From an uncultured Gammaproteobacteria bacterium (GTDB lineage Bacteria; Pseudomonadota; Gammaproteobacteria; DATFLG01), in assembly GCA_963830105.1 (NCBI GenBank), contig CAWHLH010000003.1:771931-835930 (forward strand): a stretch of DNA of 64,000 bases, given 5' to 3'. The notes below the pieces were generated by a model, which was not told where the DNA came from, ran no database searches, and worked only from the letters and a program-made list of their open reading frames with translations. Position numbers and translations under genes: made by a program. The stretch's first letter is position 1. Each line of letters opens with the position of its first letter. This document shows positions 63,395 through 64,000 of the stretch, piece after piece.

Positions 63395-64000
63395 TCAGAA
63401 CGGCCAGTAAGGACTGAGGAAGAACCGCGACAACCACCCCATGCGGTTCGCATCGGCCACCGCGCCGTTGCCGCTGTAGGTGATACGTGCGTCAGCCACT
63501 TTATACGATGGCACCGTGTTGTCGGAGCTGATGTCCACCGGGCGCACCATGCCGGATATCTGTATGACTTCGTCGCCCTGATTGAGTGTGAGGTGCTTCT
63601 GACCGCGCACCATGAGATTGCCGTTGGACAACACACGCGCCACGGTCACGGTGATGTTGCCGGTCAGGCTGTTGCTCTGGCTGCTGTCGCCCGAACCCCC
63701 GAATGCCTGGTCAGAGCTCAGACTGTTGGCGAGGGTGTTGTTGCGGTTGCTGGCGAGGGGCAGTATGCCGGGAGCACCGAACTGTGGGGTTGAACCCAGG
63801 ATGGTGGGATTGGCGATATCGATGGAATCCTTCTTCTTGGTATTGGTACTGGCCTGTTTGCTGGCCTGCGTGCTTTCGTTCAGCACAATGGTGATGATGT
63901 CCCCAACCTGGTGGGCCTTGACGTCATCGAACAGGGACATGCCATAGCCCGCCTGATAGATGGCGCCGTCGTTCTGGGCCGCCGGCTTGGGTGGCGGCGG
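63395..64000 (-). CDS. flgH: Flagellar L-ring lipoprotein FlgH (partial; N-terminus lies beyond window end)
   Basis: The frame is open to the window end: …PPPPKPAAQNDGAIYQAGYGMSLFDDVKAHQVGDIITIVLNE… C-terminal …RFFLSPYWPF is typical of FlgH. Confidence 0.9.
   Translation of the reverse strand, partial: PPPPKPAAQNDGAIYQAGYGMSLFDDVKAHQVGDIITIVLNESTQASKQASTNTKKKDSIDIANPTILGSTPQFGAPGILPLASNRNNTLANSLSSDQAFGGSGDSSQSNSLTGNITVTVARVLSNGNLMVRGQKHLTLNQGDEVIQISGMVRPVDISSDNTVPSYKVADARITYSGNGAVADANRMGWLSRFFLSPYWPF

Noticed and set aside
1-64000. Mobile elements, CRISPR arrays, tRNA/rRNA genes
   Set aside because: No transposase or integrase-like ORFs, no regularly spaced direct repeats, and no tRNA-like or rRNA-like segments were recognisable. 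The glycosylation island shows no mobility genes or flanking direct repeats.

Overview
This is a high-GC (about 65%) gammaproteobacterial segment that is almost entirely one flagellar/chemotaxis regulon in Pseudomonas-type order. Every gene from 4953 to the window end is on the minus strand. Right to left the order is: flgH(partial)-flgI-flgJ-flgK-flgL; a ~14 kb flagellin glycosylation island between flgL and fliC; fliC-flaG-fliD-fliS-fliT; a hypothetical gene; fleQ-fleS(frameshifted)-fleR; fliEFGHIJK; a globin-PAS-GGDEF-EAL gene; fliLMNOPQR-flhB-flhA-flhF-fleN-fliA-cheY-cheZ-cheA-cheB-motC-motD-parC-parP-cheW-DUF2802. At the left end the plus strand carries a second FliK-like gene followed by a free-standing FlhB C-terminal-domain gene, then a GYF/pentapeptide-repeat membrane protein and an AmmeMemoRadiSam triad (radical SAM / MEMO1 / AMMECR1). 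The glycosylation island has a radical SAM/SPASM fusion protein and two giant proteins (1968 and ~1680 aa) built from FkbM and class-I methyltransferase, sulfotransferase-like, GT2, GT4 and a shared C-terminal GT-B-like domain, with no sugar-nucleotide biosynthesis genes. Six sigma54-type promoters (fliD a perfect consensus; fliL, fleSR, fliE and fliK close; a further perfect 16-mer inside the FkbM-encoding end of the first giant gene) and one sigma28 promoter (fliC) can be read directly. A sigma54 consensus also appears to lie between the second and third glycosylation-island genes. Several long inverted repeats sit in regulatory gaps. No rRNA, tRNA, CRISPR, transposase or integrase was recognised. 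The many long plus-strand ORFs between 5 kb and 58 kb are antisense artefacts of the high-GC coding strand.
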